Assembly (NCBI GenBank): GCA_000002445.1
Contig: CH464491.1
Span: 4,672,001 to 4,736,000 of the forward strand
Length of the DNA: 64,000 bases
Reading direction: 5' to 3'
DNA from: Trypanosoma brucei
Lineage: Eukaryota
A program made the translations under genes and the position numbers. Of this stretch, positions 49,178-62,183 are shown piece by piece; position 1 is the stretch's first letter, and every line of letters starts with the position of its first letter. A model generated the notes under the pieces. It worked only from the letters and a program-made list of their open reading frames with translations, made no database searches and was not told the origin of the DNA.

Positions 49178-49299
49178 CTTTTAAATACATTTGCAAATCA
49201 ACAAAAAAATGCATTAAAGTATACAATGAGTGTATAATTATACGAAAATATATTATAAAAAATAAGTGTTATTCTAATTTTCTTTATTGATTTTTTTAT

Positions 49300-49390
49300 G
49301 AATATTAGTTAAGGTTATAACAGTAATACTAATAATGATAATGAAAGTAGAGTGTTGTGAGTGTGCATATACTTATATCATAATAATGTT
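49300..49390 (+). repeat. 70-bp repeat (single unit)
   Basis: AATACTAATAATGATAATGAAAGTAGAGTGTTGTGAGTGTGCATATACTTATATCATAATAATG. Confidence 0.8.
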
Positions 49391-50957
49391 GGTTGGAACG
49401 TTAAATAGTCAGCACCAAGAAAAACAACTGAAAAAATATTAGCAGTGTGTGAAATTCAGTGAGTAACACATGATTGACGAGGTAAAACAGAAATATTGTT
49501 GTAAAGGAAAATTCCGGGAGGGTAGGATTAGTGGGACTGTAAAGTACGGAAATGATTAATGGCTAATCGTATGACATAGTATAGAGTGGTTATCATGAAA
49601 GTACAAAGTACAATTAGTGCAAAACAATGTATCTAAAGAATTTCATATAACGCCAGTAGAGACGAATGTATTAACTAATGATTCACAAAAAATCCTGTGA
49701 ACAGAAGAAAAGCCATTGTATATATACCAGTGCATTTTCTATATGAAGTAAATAGAATAAACAGCGATATCCCTCCAATTTCGTAGTTTTATGCGTGCCA
49801 TACATTAAGGAATTTGAAGGAGAGAGTAATCCATTTAAGGGTAGTCGCTGATACGAAAGTAACGGACAGTATTAAAAAACAGAGCCGGAAAAATGAGCAC
49901 TTTCGATACCTATATCTCCCGCTTTTAAGCATCTTTAACCCATAGCAAAGCAATGATTTCCGCATAAAACAATGAAAGGAATCTCTTCACCCAAATGCTC
50001 ACATTTTTTCATGTTACAGCGGCGGTACGCGGAGATGAAACTGTGCAAAATATAAGCGGATGGAAACTATAAAGGTTGAAATATTATATATAGATAGTTT
50101 CCTAATGGTTTGTGGCAATAGAAAGTTTGAATTATAGACCATAGATGGGAATTTTATGCATGCCGAAAATGACGTTTTCTAATTTTATAAATGGAGGTAA
50201 CTTGTGGTTTTGATTACAAAACAGGCTTTCACCTGTTGAAAATTGGTTATTGACTAGTAAGAGGCCGATATAAAATTAATCTCAAAAGCAGTATCAAAAA
50301 CAAAAAAAGACCATATAAATCCACATAGAGTACAAAAAATAGCGCATTCTATTAAACGCATCTAACTTTGAGATTAGCTTTAGTCGTGGCGCACAAGCTC
50401 TAATAAAAAAATACGATTAACGGTAATGCGGGCACACTTTAGTCGGTCGTGGGTAACCGAAAGAGAAATAGTAGGGCTAAGAGCGATAGTAACTGAGAAA
50501 GATATTCCTGAAGTGCTTTGATCTGTAAGTCCTAAACAATGAAGGAGTTTAGAAAGGGCAGACTACACATAGTAGAGGGAACATGACGCACATGTTATTT
50601 TGAGATAATTTTGGTAGGGTTATAGTGACACTAAAGCAATATAAGTGGAGAATGAGAATCAGCGAAATGCAAGCAGAAACACGACGAAACTGACAAAGCG
50701 AAAAAAGAGGCGAAACTTCAATATTAACGCAAAAAGAGGCTGGAAAACAGCGAAGAGTAAAGTAAAGCGACGGTTAAGGAAGAATAAAATTATACCGGTT
50801 TCAAGACAACTCATAGAGACACGACTCTCTCAAAAAAAACGCAAAACGAAAAGGTATCCACCGCTGCTCTACACCGTTTTACCCCCAACAAAAGTTTTAA
50901 CGAAGCAACTTTCACCTCATCCAACACAGTAGGCGCAAAGAGCGAAAACCAAAAAAA

Positions 50958-52379
50958 ATGTCAAAAGCAAAGCAAGCCGACATCAAGCGTATCTTTAAGC
51001 TAGTGCCGCTGTTCGCTTTAATACTCAGTCTAAATGATGCTATAACGGCAGAGGCCGCAGCGCCCGACGCCGGCGACAATAAACATAACTCTCGATGGGC
51101 CAGAAAGCGTTGCATACCTCATCACCAACGAAGAAAACGAACACAAAGACATAAAAATCGGCACACTTCAAAGCAAAAACTGCGGCGGTGAAAAATGGGC
51201 ATTCTGCAAACGCGGGACAAAGAAAGCCAAATCAATCAAAGATAACGCAGAATACAAAGCATGGGTCAATAAACACAAAGATTTAACAACGGCCAAGCAA
51301 ATAAAAGACATAGTTCAACAAGAGGTAAAAACAGAAAGTGAGCTAAAGAATCAGCAAGCAGCAGCCGCAGAAACTTCCATACAAGCAGACTTCAACAAAG
51401 CACTGCACGGCGCAACGGGAAAAGAAAAAAGATCACGGTGTGTGACAGCAATAGCAACAGGAAGACGGCTTGCGGTGACACCGGAACCGCCTCCAAACGC
51501 ACGCTAGCAGGCAAAAGCCTGGCGCAGGACGCCTTATGTCTGTGTGTTCAATGCACCACGCAAACCGAAGCAGAAGCTTGCAGCAAATACGCCGACGATG
51601 CGTTGTCTATAACAGCCAACGGCACCATAGACGCCAAGAAAGACTGGATAAAGTTACAAACAGCGTGCAAACGCCAACGAGCGAGTTACAGCTTAACCGG
51701 AAGCAACGTAAGACGAGCGATCGCGACGTTCGCGGCACATATAGCAAAGCCACAGAGTACAGGCAAAACAATCAATGTCCTTAGGAAACTTAACGGCAAT
51801 GGTGGCACCGGCTGTGACGGCGGAACTGACTCGCACGGTGGAGCCTGCGTCTATTACGGAACGGAAAACAGCGGCGGAATAAAGAACATACACTGGTTAA
51901 AACTGATGCTGACAGCGGCGGACAAACTTGATAACGCCAGACAAGCGGCGGCAAAAGCACATGCCCTAGAACAGCACCTTATATCGCTAAACAAAGCACT
52001 AGCAACCCTAGCTAAAGGAACCACCGCTGCAGAAACCAACAAAACAGACACGCAGCCAGGCACAAAACAAGACAAACAGCAAGACACGGGGAAACAGAAA
52101 GAATGCGAAAAACATACCGATAAGACTGCAGAGCAATGCAAAAGCCTCGGCTGCGATTACGATGCTGATAATAAAAAATGCAAATCTAAAGCAGGAACAG
52201 CAAACACAGCGGAAGAAACAGGAGGTGACAAGACAGAGGAGAAATGTGCAAGAAAAGAGCAAAAAGACTGTAAAGATGGATGCAAATGTGACAGCAAAAC
52301 TTTAAAATATTTCATATTTCTCGTTAATAACAAGTCTACTCAGATTTCTGCTGCTTCTATGAGTTTGGTAACACTTTAA
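50958..52379 (+). pseudogene. VSG: VSG pseudogene (B-type), several frameshifts
   Basis: ORF 50958..51191 has signal MSKAKQADIKRIFKLVPLFALILSLNDAITA. ORF 51438..52379 reads …ALCLCVQCTTQTE…CEKHTDKTAEQCKSLGCDYDADNKKCKSK…CKDGCKCDSKTLKY…. A 16-mer-like element sits at 52444-52458. Confidence 0.75.
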
Positions 52380-52443
52380 GAAATTTTTATCAATTATATG
52401 AAATTTGCTTTTTTTAGATATTTTCCTAAATATATTATAATTT

Positions 52444-52458
52444 GAAATATTTTAACAC
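52444..52458 (+). promoter_or_regulatory. VSG 3'UTR 16-mer-like element GAAATATTTTAACAC
   Basis: 11-nt exact match to ATATTTTAACAC. Confidence 0.5.
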
Positions 52459-52619
52459 TATTGAATGTAAATATGCAAATTGTTGAAATTTTTAAGAATT
52501 TAAAAAATACAAATTTTGTATGAAAGTGGCCTATGAGTGCAAAGTGTTAGAGTGCTAAGATATAGAAAATGCATGCCGTCATGAATTGTGACTATTTCGT
52601 TTACAATATGTATATTCAG

Positions 52620-52621
52620 TG

Positions 52622-52661
<40 letters not shown>

Positions 52662-52715
52662 GCAGTAGTAATAGTAGGAGAGTTTGTTGTGAGTATATAC
52701 TAATATTATACTAAA
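52620..52715 (+). repeat. 70-bp repeat with a (TAA)14 tract
   Basis: GGGTAATAATAATAATAATAATAATAATAATAATAATAGCAGTAGTAATAGTAGGAGAGTTTGTTGTGAGTATATACTAATATTATACTAAATGG. Confidence 0.85.
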
Positions 52716-53752
52716 TGGTTGCTGGGACCAGATTGCAGACAAAAATGCAAGCACTTAAAACAGTAGGAAGACAGAAATGTGGTTATGTGAGTGCATGCAA
52801 GTACGTGAGAGAGCACGAGGAACATTATTAAAGGAGCTTTAAAAATGAAGAAAGGACGAAAGGACGAAAGAAGTTACTAAGAAATATGCACAGTTCAAAA
52901 GCACAAACATTACTGTGGGCACAGTAATACAAAAGGAGGTAACGAAGGGAACAATGAGGAAGAAAATACAGTATTTATTGTGCAAGCTAAATAGTGTTAA
53001 AATGTTCACAGCAGATGCAGCAATAGAGCAGAAAAAAGTGACGGAAGTATTGAAATGAAATAACTAGAATTACGATAGCATACCCTAGAGGAAAGTGATA
53101 CAGAAGGAGGAGCCAATAATGCTCCTTTTTTTGAAAATTAGATGGATGTGATTTGATAAATAGCAGTGGCTATTGGAGCTTGAAATATTATAGGAGATAC
53201 AAACGTAAATCACTGAGAGAAAAAGTCAGCGATTAATTGGTCTAATGTGACTGTTTTTAGTTTAGGGGAAGATAACATCGCAAGAGAAAAGGTTTATTCT
53301 ATGAGAAGCAAATATAGGTTAGAATATTGTAGAAGTCTGTAACTTAAAAGTATAAAAAGGGAGTAGAAGACAACCCTTAAACGCAGGTGGTTAGCGATAA
53401 CCAAAGGAGGGTCTCAGATTTTTTTATGTTTCAGCATAAATCTAGACAACCTATTTCCGCAAATAAAAGATCTACTACACAGCATGAACATGCTAACAGC
53501 GCAGTGACAGCCGAACATCGGGACACGCGTGGAACCAAGATGTCCCATGAGGTCAGGAACTCTGTAAAATCATCAAGTATCACAACTGTGGCCGAGACAA
53601 ACAGACAACCAAGCTGTGGAATTTTTTTAAGGGAAAGTAAGCCCTGCCACTGACAAACCAAGAGGATTTTCTAACTTAAAAAGACCCAATAAAGGCAAAG
53701 GTCCATGCGATACAAACAAGAAGAGATATTGCTTATGTTGTAAAGTGTCTGG

Positions 53753-55184
53753 TTGTCACCGGCGCATGTGACAGCAGACTCAGACTATGGCACGGCAGGC
53801 GACGCCGTCAAAAGCGTCTGTAACGAAGCAGCATACTTTAAAGCTAGCAGCAAAGCGGCGGCTGAATCACTTCAGCAGCGGATTAGGGACATTGAAGTCC
53901 GACGACAGCAAGCAATTTTCTGGCATCTCTCAGCGGTGCACGCGCCTGCAGGTAACTTCCAGCAGCAACTGCGGGCGCTGGCGATATTCGCAGACAAAAC
54001 AGCTCAGGATGCAGAACAGACCCTTGTAACCGCAGCAACCGCAGTTTCTGACTACACCACCATAGCAAACACATGGACAGGTGCCCTGGTGACAGCAGAG
54101 CGAGCATCGAAACTAGAACACAAGTCAACTGGGAAAAGCACTGATGCCGACACAGGCAGATCGGCAACAGTAAAGCTAGCGCTAACCAAAAAAGCAGACA
54201 TCTGCACAGAAACCGAACTAAAAGACGACCACAACAGGGCACTAACAGTAACACTGCATGGCATGAAAAAATCAAAATAAGCACAGCAGCAGCGCACAAC
54301 TTAGAAGGCCATTCGTACACATTAACACTCAAAGCTTGCAATGGCGATGCCCAAGCACACGCAAACTGCGACCAAAATGACGGCTTCGGCGCCGCGGCAG
54401 CCACAAACGACGTTATTATGTTACACAACTCAGCAAACAGCAAATCTTTTAGAATATCAGAAAGGTCAGCGACGCCAAGGGTATACTCGGGATCCACAGG
54501 CACTGATATAGGAGCCACGACTGAAACATCACAAACTTGCCGCAGCAGTCATACCTATTCTAAAACTTTCATATCATCAGCAACGGATATCGCAAATGCG
54601 CCGTGCAAAGCTACAGAGGCACTGCAAGTGGCCAGTCCCGCTTCCCTTTCAAACAGCGGGGCGGAACTAGCCAATAGTAAAGACTTCATGGAAATAGTCA
54701 GCAACCTTCGAGCGGTCAGCGACAACAGGTACGACCTGGACAAAGCAGACGAACTAGCTAAACTACAACAGCTCATAAAAACTGCGTACGGCGAACAAGC
54801 AAACGCCTTCGAATCCAAATACAAAACGAATGTCGGTAAAGAAATAATTATCTACAGAACTGGAAGTAACCCAAAGAAAGGCAGTATCAACGACTTGGCT
54901 CCAAAACCCGAAGCTGCTCTAGCTCTTAGTTTTTTGAAAGGAAAAAACCTAATGCAAAAACTATGCCAAAACGAAGACCTCGTCGCAAAAAAGGCAGAAC
55001 TTGCTTGCACAGACAAAGGAAAAGATGACTGTACAAGCGAAAATGTGAATTCAAAGAAGGAAATTGCGTAGAAAAAGAGGGAGTGAAAGCGGAGGAGACA
55101 GGTGCGACAAACACAAACACCACAGGAAACAATTCTTTTGTCATTAACAGGGAACCTCTTTTGCTTGCATTTTTGATTCTATGA
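53753..55184 (+). pseudogene. VSG: VSG pseudogene, apparently 5'-truncated (no signal peptide) and frameshifted; typical C-terminus
   Basis: ORFs 53753..54280 and 54418..55071 are in different frames. The C-terminus reads …CEFKEGNCVEKEGVKAEETGATNTNTTGNNSFVINREPLLLAFLIL with a stop at 55182-55184. Confidence 0.7.
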
Positions 55185-55246
55185 TTAAGTTTAAAAAATA
55201 TTTTTTCTTAGTTTTATGAAAATTATGAAAATTTTTAAAAAATTAC

Positions 55247-55259
55247 TACATTTTAACAC
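55247..55259 (+). promoter_or_regulatory. VSG 3'UTR 16-mer-like element (TACATTTTAACAC)
   Basis: Contains ATTTTAACAC ~65 bp after the stop. Confidence 0.4.
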
Positions 55260-55444
55260 CTTTTGACGAAAATGTAAAAACCATTGAAAAACTCGAAAGT
55301 ATGAAAATTTTAAGAATTTGAAATATATGAAATTTTAGTATAATATGTATGATAGGGACGTGTCAGCGTAAAGTAGAAGGATGATAGGGCTTGAAAATGC
55401 GTGACATTCTGAAATTTAATTTGGTTTATTTTATGAGCATGGTT

Positions 55445-55535
55445 TAGAGTTGCAATAATTGTGATAATGATGATTATAGTAATTATAGGAGAATGTTGTG
55501 AGTGTGTATATGCTAATATTGTAATAAGAGTGGTG
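55445..55535 (+). repeat. 70-bp repeat (single unit)
   Basis: ATAATGATGATTATAGTAATTATAGGAGAATGTTGTGAGTGTGTATATGCTAATATTGTAATAAGAGTGG. Confidence 0.8.
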
Positions 55536-56424
55536 ATTTATATGAAAGGGGTGGCGATAATGAAAGAAATTAAAGCAATGCTAATGGAGCGGTGAGAGGG
55601 GGTGAGTGAGTCAGTGAGCACAAAAAATATTATTAAAGGAAGGGCAGATATAGTAGGTACAGTGACAAACACAAGCATAAAGGTTGCAATCAGTGCACAC
55701 GAGGACGTTGGATGGAGAAATGAGGGAAGGAGAAAGTTCAGTGTAGTGGACAAATCGACTTGCTATGTTATATGTAGTGGCAAATGTGGAATACGACAGA
55801 AAGAACTTATGCAATAAAACAGATGGATACGGAAAAGATGGGCACACGAAGGCAAGATGCAGCCGATTATGATGCACCGTATTTCGCCCACAGTTAGATG
55901 GATGTACCAACGAAGATAATAGTGGAAACTGTAACTTTTTAATCTGATGATGGATGACATTGTAAAGCGCCGACCTCAAAGTTGCACCAATTTTTTGGAT
56001 GTTATGTTCCTTTCCTTCTGGATACGAAGCGCGGAACGGGTTTAAATTTTGAGATTTTGGTGTCTGTATGTGACGGATTAAAATTTTTAACGCCTGTTAA
56101 TTATCATTTGAAGTACAAAAAAAGAACAGACGGGGAAACATGACTCTGTGTTAACGAGCCTGCCACTAAGCCGGCAGGTTTCCTAGAGGTGCTTGAAAAT
56201 TGTGAAGGGCGGCGAGTGTTTGGAAGAACTGGAAGAACTGGAAGAACATCGCGAGCACAAGAAAGAAATCAACACTTTTACAAACATGAACGAGTTCAGC
56301 GCACGAAACTAGCCAACAAGAGGGAAGCTGCGGGAAACACGGTAGCGAAAACGTAAATATTTGACCAGAACTCAAAAGTCTATATTTTATATTTTCCTTG
56401 ACAAAGCAGTAAGCCAGTGCCAAG

Positions 56425-58776
56425 ATGGCCACAGATATGCCACAAATTAGCACAGTAGGTCAACAACGTCGTTTAGTATTAGCATCGATAACAGTCATGC
56501 TAATGGCAAGCGCAACTAGGCAAGTAGGGGCAGTCAACACCGAAGCAGTAAGCATGGAGGAATTAAATGCTGTCTGCAAGGTAGTTCATCCACCCAGCGG
56601 CGACACCAACGATTTGCCAAAACAAAGCCTTAGCGACGACGATATAACCGTCATAAGAGCATTAATCATTTCAGTCGCGGACCAGGAGTGGACAAAGCAT
56701 TTTCCATCGGAACCGCCAAGAAATCAACCAGAAGTCGACCCATACGCGACGAAGCCCGACGATAAGAAGTGTAAGCCAGACTGGAAAGCGCTGGCAAACG
56801 AAAAAAGTCAAAGCAGCCAGCAAGGGCATGCAAGCTATGTAGCCAAAGAGGCTGCAATACTTACTAGGATGCAAAGAACATGCTATTTTTCCGAACAGAA
56901 ACCAGTATAGACGGTGGAAAATGTCACTAAATAATCATCCCGCGGTACGCGCAGCAGCTAATAACAACAGTTGAGAGATTGAGAACGACCACTCACTAAT
57001 CTGCCAGATGATAAACTAAATAAGACACAAACACAAGCAGACCACTCAAATGAGAAAGATCCATAAAAAACACCACACCCGTACTCCACATGTTTGATAC
57101 CTAAAAAATCCATAGCACACAGACCAACAAGGCCCACTGTAGCAAATCTCCCAATTCCGCAAACACTGTTAGAACTAAGCGGCGCGCGACTTGCGCTGGT
57201 ATTAGTTTCGTTTATGACGTTGCCTCGTTGCGGTAACGCAGTATGGGCTGGCTCATAGAATGACAAACTTCTGGAGCCCCTATGTGCATTATTGCAACTA
57301 GCGGACGGTGTACCGACACCTCCAGCTATAGCAGCAGCCGGCGACCCGCTCATCACAGATCTCAGGAAGCTAAACATGTCACAATCAACAGGCGACTGGC
57401 AGGGATTGTTTGAGGAAAAACAAAGGAAGGCAAAAACATGGAAAGATCTAAAATCAGATGTACAAGTAACCTACAACAACCTGGCAGAAGGCTGGGACGG
57501 ATGAACCGCAGATAAAGCGGCACTGAAAGCAGACGCAAAGTTCAGTGAGCATATAACAGCAAGTGGCTTCACTGGACTTCCCCACCAAATGCTGCCGTTT
57601 TCACGAAGGCAAACAGCGCTTGCAGCAGCGAACGCTGTCACAATCGGCGGCTCACTTGACGCACTCAAAGCAAGTGGAATCACTTCCACAAAGAAACAAA
57701 TTAAAGAAATTCTAAACAACGCGGTTTACGGCAACAAAGATGACGAAGGGGACTATGCCAAAAGCCAACAACCGACAGAGGCTGCGCGACGGACGCCGGG
57801 TGCTTGCAAATCCGGCACCAAAATCGCAGACAAAGAGGAATTAGCATACACGTTCCTCTGCATTTGTCCAACGGATAGCGGACAGACGACCGCCAAACCA
57901 TGCCACAAAGACGTAACGAACACTTACGACTGGAGCACAGCGACCTCAGACATGCAAAAAGTATGGGGTGATATGCGGAAGCTTTGTCCCAAATCATCGG
58001 CAGCCAAAACAACAGCAGCGTTAATTCACGCTTCTCTAGCCCGGCTGCGTGCGTCAATTCAGTATAAAACGGACGCCGGCTAGTTGGGGAACAAACACGG
58101 CACCGACTGCGACAGTTCTTCGACCGGCAGCCTTTGCGTAAAGTACACTACGATAACTGCATCCAGCATTGACGCCTTTCACGAAATCGCATGGGTCAAA
58201 GCGTACGAAAGCGCAGCTGAAAAGCTAGAAACAGCCACGTCGGCTGCGATCAAGTACGACGCCCTGCTGCACCGTCTCAAAGACATCAACTCATCAGCGT
58301 GGGCAATTCCAGCCTTAGTGCGAACCCTACCGCAAGCGACAGCAGCCCAAGGAGAAACTTGGCTATCTGGTCAAGGCGATAAGCAGGAGTCAACAGAAGC
58401 GGTGGCTACCAAAGAGAAAGAATGCAATTCCGCCAAAAACGAAACCGAATGGAAAACTAAAAGTGGTTGCCATTACGTTGAGGAAAATAAGGATAGCAAA
58501 AAGTGAACATTGAATGAGAAAGGGAAGGAAGCAAAAAAATAAGAATGAGAAAATAAGGGAAGATAGGAAAAAAGAACCAAAGTGTTACAAACATACTAAA
58601 GAAAATATCGAGGCTGAAAACAAGAATGTAAAATCAGGTGAAAAAGCTGTTTGTGGATGGATTGACAACAAATGAAAAGATTACAGTATTCTCGTAAATA
58701 AGAATGTTGCTCTGAGTATGGCTTATTTTTTTGTGAGTTTGATAGAAATTTATAATTCCAAGGAGTTTTCTCAATA
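56425..58776 (+). pseudogene. VSG: Compound VSG pseudogene (~2.35 kb): a 5' VSG fragment with signal peptide (56425-56910), a ~380-bp non-VSG interruption, then a near full-length frameshifted VSG body
   Basis: ORFs 56425..56910 (MATDMPQISTVGQQRRLVLASITVMLMASATRQVGA), 57292..57504, 57589..58083 and 58084..58506. The degenerate C-terminus reads …CGWIDNK, a stop, then KDYSILVNKNVALSMAYFFVSLI. The total is too long for a single VSG. Confidence 0.6.
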
Positions 58777-58815
58777 ATATGAAATTTATGAAAAAATGAT
58801 ATTATGAAATAATTT

Positions 58816-58830
58816 GCTATAATTTAACAC
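58816..58830 (+). promoter_or_regulatory. VSG 3'UTR 16-mer-like element (GCTATAATTTAACAC)
   Basis: AATTTAACAC preceded by TTGCTAT. Confidence 0.4.
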
Positions 58831-58914
58831 TTTTTGATTAAAATTTTCAAATTAGTAAAATGTTTATAAGAGTGGCATATGGGTGTAAAGTGTAGAGTGA
58901 TAAAATATTAAAAA

Positions 58915-58990
58915 TGAGTGATATTCTAATATGTTATTTTAATAGTAATAGTAAGAGAGTATTTTAAGCGTATTTACTAACATTATGAGG
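58915..58990 (+). repeat. Degenerate 70-bp repeat
   Basis: AATAGTAATAGTAAGAGAGTATTTTAAGCGTATTTACTAACATTATGAGG preceded by the conserved AATGAGTGATATTCTAATATGTTATTTT element. Confidence 0.5.
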
Positions 58991-61102
58991 AAAGTGCATT
59001 TAAGTATCGAATGGAGAGACGAAATCAAAGCTTTGGAAAAAGTTTCCATGATGCGATGAGGGTAAGTGAATGAGTGGTTCAGTGATTACGACATGGAGAA
59101 GGCACAAAGAATACTATTTAAGAAAAGAAAAAAGGGGATATAGATAAAATATGCGCAGTTTAAAACTCGAAAGTGGCGATATAGCATTGATAGCACACAA
59201 AGAGATGAGGAAAAGGCAGGGAAAACGAAAAGTGCGAAGGCTAAATGAAGTCGCTTCGTATTCTGTGTAAGAAACAACAGAAGAGTTAAAATCTGCAATG
59301 AATATATGGAGTACAACACACAGTGCAACATCCAGAAACGAAGTAAATATTACATAGGAGAAGGTTGTGCTCTAAAATGTACTAAAAAATGGATAGATTT
59401 TTCTACGGAGGTGATTGTAAAAACAACAATAGAAGTGGTTCAGAAAGCCATGCTTATGGGAAAAACTTGGCGATAGCGGATAATCGGGGTAGTCATCAAG
59501 CGAGGGTGAAAAACTTATACCATATCAGAATTAATCATTGTAACTAGATAGGTTCATTCCAATAAAAATGCATAGACACCAATTTTCAATGCAGAAAGGC
59601 AACTGAATACATATATTGTGCGGAACTATGTGTGACTTAAGGGAACGTTTTAAACAAAACCATAGGTACGAGGTCAAAAATAAGTTGCATACACTGAGAA
59701 TACACACATCATCACATGCATCATAAGTATCTCAAGGAATTACTCGTATAAGTAAACAACTAAGTGGCGCAACTGACATCTTCTATTAAGCTTCCAATGT
59801 TTTTTCTCATAGCACTTTCAAATGTTAAACGTACATTAAGGCATGATGTTTATTATCTTTAAATCTTCACTATTACCGTTGATTTAACATTAAGTGTGTT
59901 TAAGCTCAATATTTCTTTAAGCGGACACAACGGGAAATGTAACAGAGAATGATCCTAAGAAGCCCAGAGTGTTTGTGGTTGTAGTTCAAGCTCATGCAAC
60001 TCAAGGATGATGTAGGCTAATATTGAGTGCCAAACTAGGTAATGTTAAATTATTACAATTGTAATGGAAGGTTTGTATAGAAATGTTCAGAGACCTATGT
60101 GAGTTATGTAATATTTATAAAAACAGAATCCAAGTGATGAGGATGTTGTAGTTCATTTAGGTGGATCCGATGCTATTGCTTCTGACAGAGATAATTATGA
60201 AAAGACAGTGGAGTACTTTATACAGAATACTGCTAAAAGTAAAGAAAAATTTAGTGGAGAAGATATTTTAAAAGAGAAGAAAATTCCCCCTATTTTATTC
60301 ATGACAACATCAGAGTGTTATGCACGGAAGTTAGACTTAACTTTTAACTAAGAACACAGGGATCATATGGAGAGATGCTACTGGTTTTTTAGTAATGGAG
60401 ACAGAAAAGAAGAGGATAAAAAGCTACCGCATTTACTAAAATCACCTCCTAGTGGAAACCCCTATCTTAGTGGTGGTGGTTTAATAGCTAGGGTTTGGGT
60501 ATTTGATAAGTTTGATAAATAGTTTAATGGGATGCTTGAAATGAGTGATGAATGATTTTCAGGGCAGAATATTTACAAACCTCTACTAATATGAAGTGCA
60601 GTTCAGGAAGAAGCTGTTGGAGATCGATTTTTTTTTTTTGAGGAGAGGAATGATTGGTCTGGATTATGAAGAGCGATTTTTCTCTATTCCGCCCAGTGAT
60701 GTAGTTGGAACGGCACCATTTATTCATTTTCCAGTTCAACAAGTTGCATGGGAGGAGGAAGCGAATTAGGTTGTGAAAATATTACTTGGAATAATTAGTT
60801 GAAAATGAGGAAATTTGGTACGAAAAACTTTGGAAGAATTAAAGCTTATACGATAAATGGTAAAAAATGGGTCGTTGAATATGAGAATATTTGTGGCAAT
60901 GTGTTTAAAGAATTGGATTTGTTTAAAGCTAAGAAACTGTAACCATCAGCCCCATGAAGAAGTTAAACAATAAGCAGAAGCTCGTAGCGTGGCCAGAAGA
61001 GTCCCCACGCCAGGAAACAAAAACTAAACCTCAACTCGTTTTTTACAAGGTAATTTACAAGACAATGTTAGTTTTTTTATCCGACTCGTCTTTGCGGCAA
61101 TA

Positions 61103-62183
61103 ATGGCGACCAAGGGTAGATCGAGTACAACAAACGAAAATCGTCCAGACTTTCTAGCACTTTGTCAAGTTTATACGGCGGCACGAGCCTTGAGGAAAAC
61201 AGTATATTCTAGCATTACCGTGGATTTCGACATCGCTGACATTCTTAACTACAATATTTCAGTTGCAACGGAGGAGTGGGGGAATCTGTTCGGGAAATCA
61301 GGGGATAAAAAAGGCTGGAATGCATACAAGAAAAGCCAAGGAGCAAAACTTGGCGACGTAAACTGGGAAAGGGAATGGGATTCTTGGGAAGCGCAAAAAG
61401 AAGCAGCCAAAGATTCAGAGCAAGGTTTGAACAAGGAACGTAATATCCAAAAAAACGAGGCGGGAAAAGAGTAATTAAGGAGTTACGCCAAAGACACAGC
61501 CTTCGAAGCGCTAAAAACCAAACAAGCAGCCGAAACGTTTCCTCAGACTCCGAAAGGCGCCGCGCAAGCGGCACTGAAAATGAAAAAATATATGCGGCGC
61601 TATGCGCGACGCCGCTTAAACCGCAAAGCAGCAGAAGCGAATGCAAACGCACAAGCGCGGCAGTCGAAAAAACAGCGATGTGCACACCGGGCAATGCGGG
61701 TTCGTCACTGACCTCCGACATCCTCTGCCTGCGCGGCAAAAAAGCGGCCAACGAATGCACTGGGAGCGACCCGGGATCGCCAGCGACGAGCACCAACAAT
61801 TTCGCTGCTCGCACAAATACTATTTTCATCACGCAGTGCGGCGACGATCCGCCAAAAGGAACAGCATTGGAAGCACTCAAACAAGAAATGGAAGCAGTAC
61901 GAGCAAAGGTAGGGCACACGCCCGCAGCGACAACTGCGAAAAAAATCATGCTTGGTGCGACATCGCAAACCAACTCACGAACAGCCACGAAGGCAGCGTG
62001 CATCGACTACTCCGCCAAATTTGCCAACAAGCAGACAGGCCACCGGGCGATCCCATGGGCTGAAAATCTATATAGCGCCATACAAATCGCCCAACTAATT
62101 GCCGCCGACAGCCGAACGAAAATAGAAGCGGTGCATAAAATAAAAGCATATGCAACTAAACTGAAGAGGGAATACAAACTGAT
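61103..62183 (+). pseudogene. VSG: VSG pseudogene fragment (B-type N-domain), frameshifted and 3'-truncated by the ingi #5 insertion
   Basis: ORF 61103..61474 is followed by ORF 61678..62253, which reads …ILCLRGKKAANECTGSDPGS…AIPWAENLYSAIQIAQLIAADSRTKIEAVHKIKAYATKLKREYKL. It then runs directly into the reverse-complemented ingi 3' end at ~62184 and shows no C-terminal domain. Confidence 0.6.

Noticed and set aside
33690-58990. The periodic 70-bp repeat tracts considered as a CRISPR-like array
   Set aside because: The units vary in length, carry no unique spacers, and each precedes a VSG gene. The trypanosome context rules out CRISPR.
61245-62003. 252-aa minus-strand ORF
   Set aside because: It is antisense to VSG pseudogene K, with low-complexity Ala/Leu/Ser content.
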